DNA of 17,166 nucleotides from Aquificaceae bacterium (GTDB taxonomy: Bacteria > Aquificota > Aquificia > Aquificales > Aquificaceae), in the NCBI GenBank assembly GCA_041640635.1, contig JBEPZX010000025.1, positions 1 to 17,166 on the forward strand. The letters run 5' to 3'. A model generated the notes under the pieces. The model saw nothing but the letters and a program-made list of their open reading frames with translations. It was not told the DNA's origin and ran no database searches. The translations under genes and the position numbers were made by a program. The first letter of the stretch is position 1, and the number at the start of each line of letters is the position of its first letter. This document shows positions 16,343 through 17,166 of this stretch, piece by piece.

Positions 16343-17166
16343 CTAAAGTAATTTTATTAATGAATAAATCTTTTCCGCATCTGTAAAAGCTGTAGATATA
16401 TCCGATTCTGGATGCCCATACAACCCACACAACGTAATTATCTTCGTATGCGTATACTTTTTAAGCATTCTTATGACAAAGTCTGTTCTGTAACAGTGCA
16501 CCCCAACGAGTATGGTCAGATCGTTGTCGGTCTCTAGAATGGCATGGTGCGGATTTGGTGGATTTACCTCAATTTTTGGGTCATAGTTTTTTGCCTTTGG
16601 TTTGTAATCTGGCAGAACTTTTACATTTAAGTTGTCAATCTTTTCTATAAGCTCCTTGAGCGCTTCAGCTTTTTGTTTGAGTTTTGGATCATGCCAATCC
16701 CAAAAAAGTAAAGGTCCAATTACGACAGTTGGTTTTTTGGATTGTTTAATAGCTTGGACTATGGCTTTGACAGCTTGGGCAAAGTTGGTCTCCTTCCCGT
16801 CGATGGTTGCTTCCCCTTTGAAAACTTCCTCCATTAGGGCTACCCTAGTGGTATCCTCTTCTGGAGATGGTGCGGCTTTTGGTTTTTTGTAATAGGGTGG
16901 CTTAAAGTCTAAAAAGTAAGGAGAGAAATCAAAAGTTTTTGTTTCTTTTTGGTAGGTTTTTGTTTGTGACTTTACACTGAGAACCTTTTCCATATCTTCC
17001 TTTATTAGGTCTAACTCTACACTAAATTCTCCGTGATAAGCTTTTTCTTCTTCTTCTACACCCAAGCTGTAACATGTAGTTCCTATAATGTCCAAAAGCA
17101 CGCCATTTGCTCCCTCTTTAGCAGCTTTGCTAAAAATCTCGTATCTTTTTTCGTAAAACTCGTAAC
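16343..17166 (-). CDS. 3' part of a protein ending in a PorD/ForD-like domain (2-oxoacid:ferredoxin oxidoreductase delta subunit, CO dehydrogenase beta-subunit family); 5'-truncated
   Basis: GEATIDGK, KPTVVIGPLLFWDW, LPDYKPK, EVNPPNPH, VGVHC and TLCGLYGH resemble Aquificae/Nitrospira five-subunit OFOR delta subunits (from memory). The frame stays open from 17101 to the window edge (YEFYEKRYEIFSKAAKEGANG). Confidence 0.75.
   Translation of the reverse strand, partial: YEFYEKRYEIFSKAAKEGANGVLLDIIGTTCYSLGVEEEEKAYHGEFSVELDLIKEDMEKVLSVKSQTKTYQKETKTFDFSPYFLDFKPPYYKKPKAAPSPEEDTTRVALMEEVFKGEATIDGKETNFAQAVKAIVQAIKQSKKPTVVIGPLLFWDWHDPKLKQKAEALKELIEKIDNLNVKVLPDYKPKAKNYDPKIEVNPPNPHHAILETDNDLTILVGVHCYRTDFVIRMLKKYTHTKIITLCGLYGHPESDISTAFTDAEKIYSLIKLL

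Noticed and set aside
172..16892. Short ORF-track entries antisense to real genes (172-432, 209-403, 497-763, 1256-1441, 2376-2591, 2822-3022, 3235-3498, 4471-4803, 5231-5413, 6789-6998, 7383-7568, 8839-9111, 10326-10532, 11094-11318, 11856-12041, 12744-12959, 15158-15385, 16632-16892)
   Set aside because: They are shadow ORFs lying opposite well-supported genes, with no recognisable motifs.

Overview
This is an AT-rich, gene-dense bacterial chromosomal segment. An Aquificaceae origin (Hydrogenobacter/Thermocrinis/Aquifex-like) is inferred from protein style, gene overlaps and a PorD/ForD-like subunit. Gene order: mtnA(-); EAL-CBS-GGDEF c-di-GMP enzyme(+); NADH oxidase-like flavoprotein(+); membrane HAMP-GGDEF cyclase(-); nadD and an MBL/beta-CASP RNase(+); a 198-bp convergent gap; fliA(-); HTH-coiled-coil protein(-); an overlapping operon ilvE, M28 peptidase, lolA, GNAT, PLD-nuclease/HerA-ATPase fusion(-); PAP2 phosphatase(+); SbtA-family bicarbonate transporter(-); and the 3' part of a gene ending in a PorD/ForD-like domain(-). 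The PLD-HerA gene is interrupted near 10050-10077. No tRNA, rRNA, CRISPR or transposase was seen. The most interesting signals are: (1) a 28-bp 11-6-11 dif-like palindrome at 7769-7796 near the HTH-coiled-coil gene and the lolA-linked FtsK/HerA-superfamily ATPase; (2) a Pho-box-like repeat before the EAL-CBS-GGDEF gene; (3) -10 hexamers 7-10 nt before many start codons, suggesting leaderless or short-leader mRNAs; (4) an sbtA without adjacent sbtB, downstream of an rTCA-type oxidoreductase gene. All family assignments are by eye, with no database searches.
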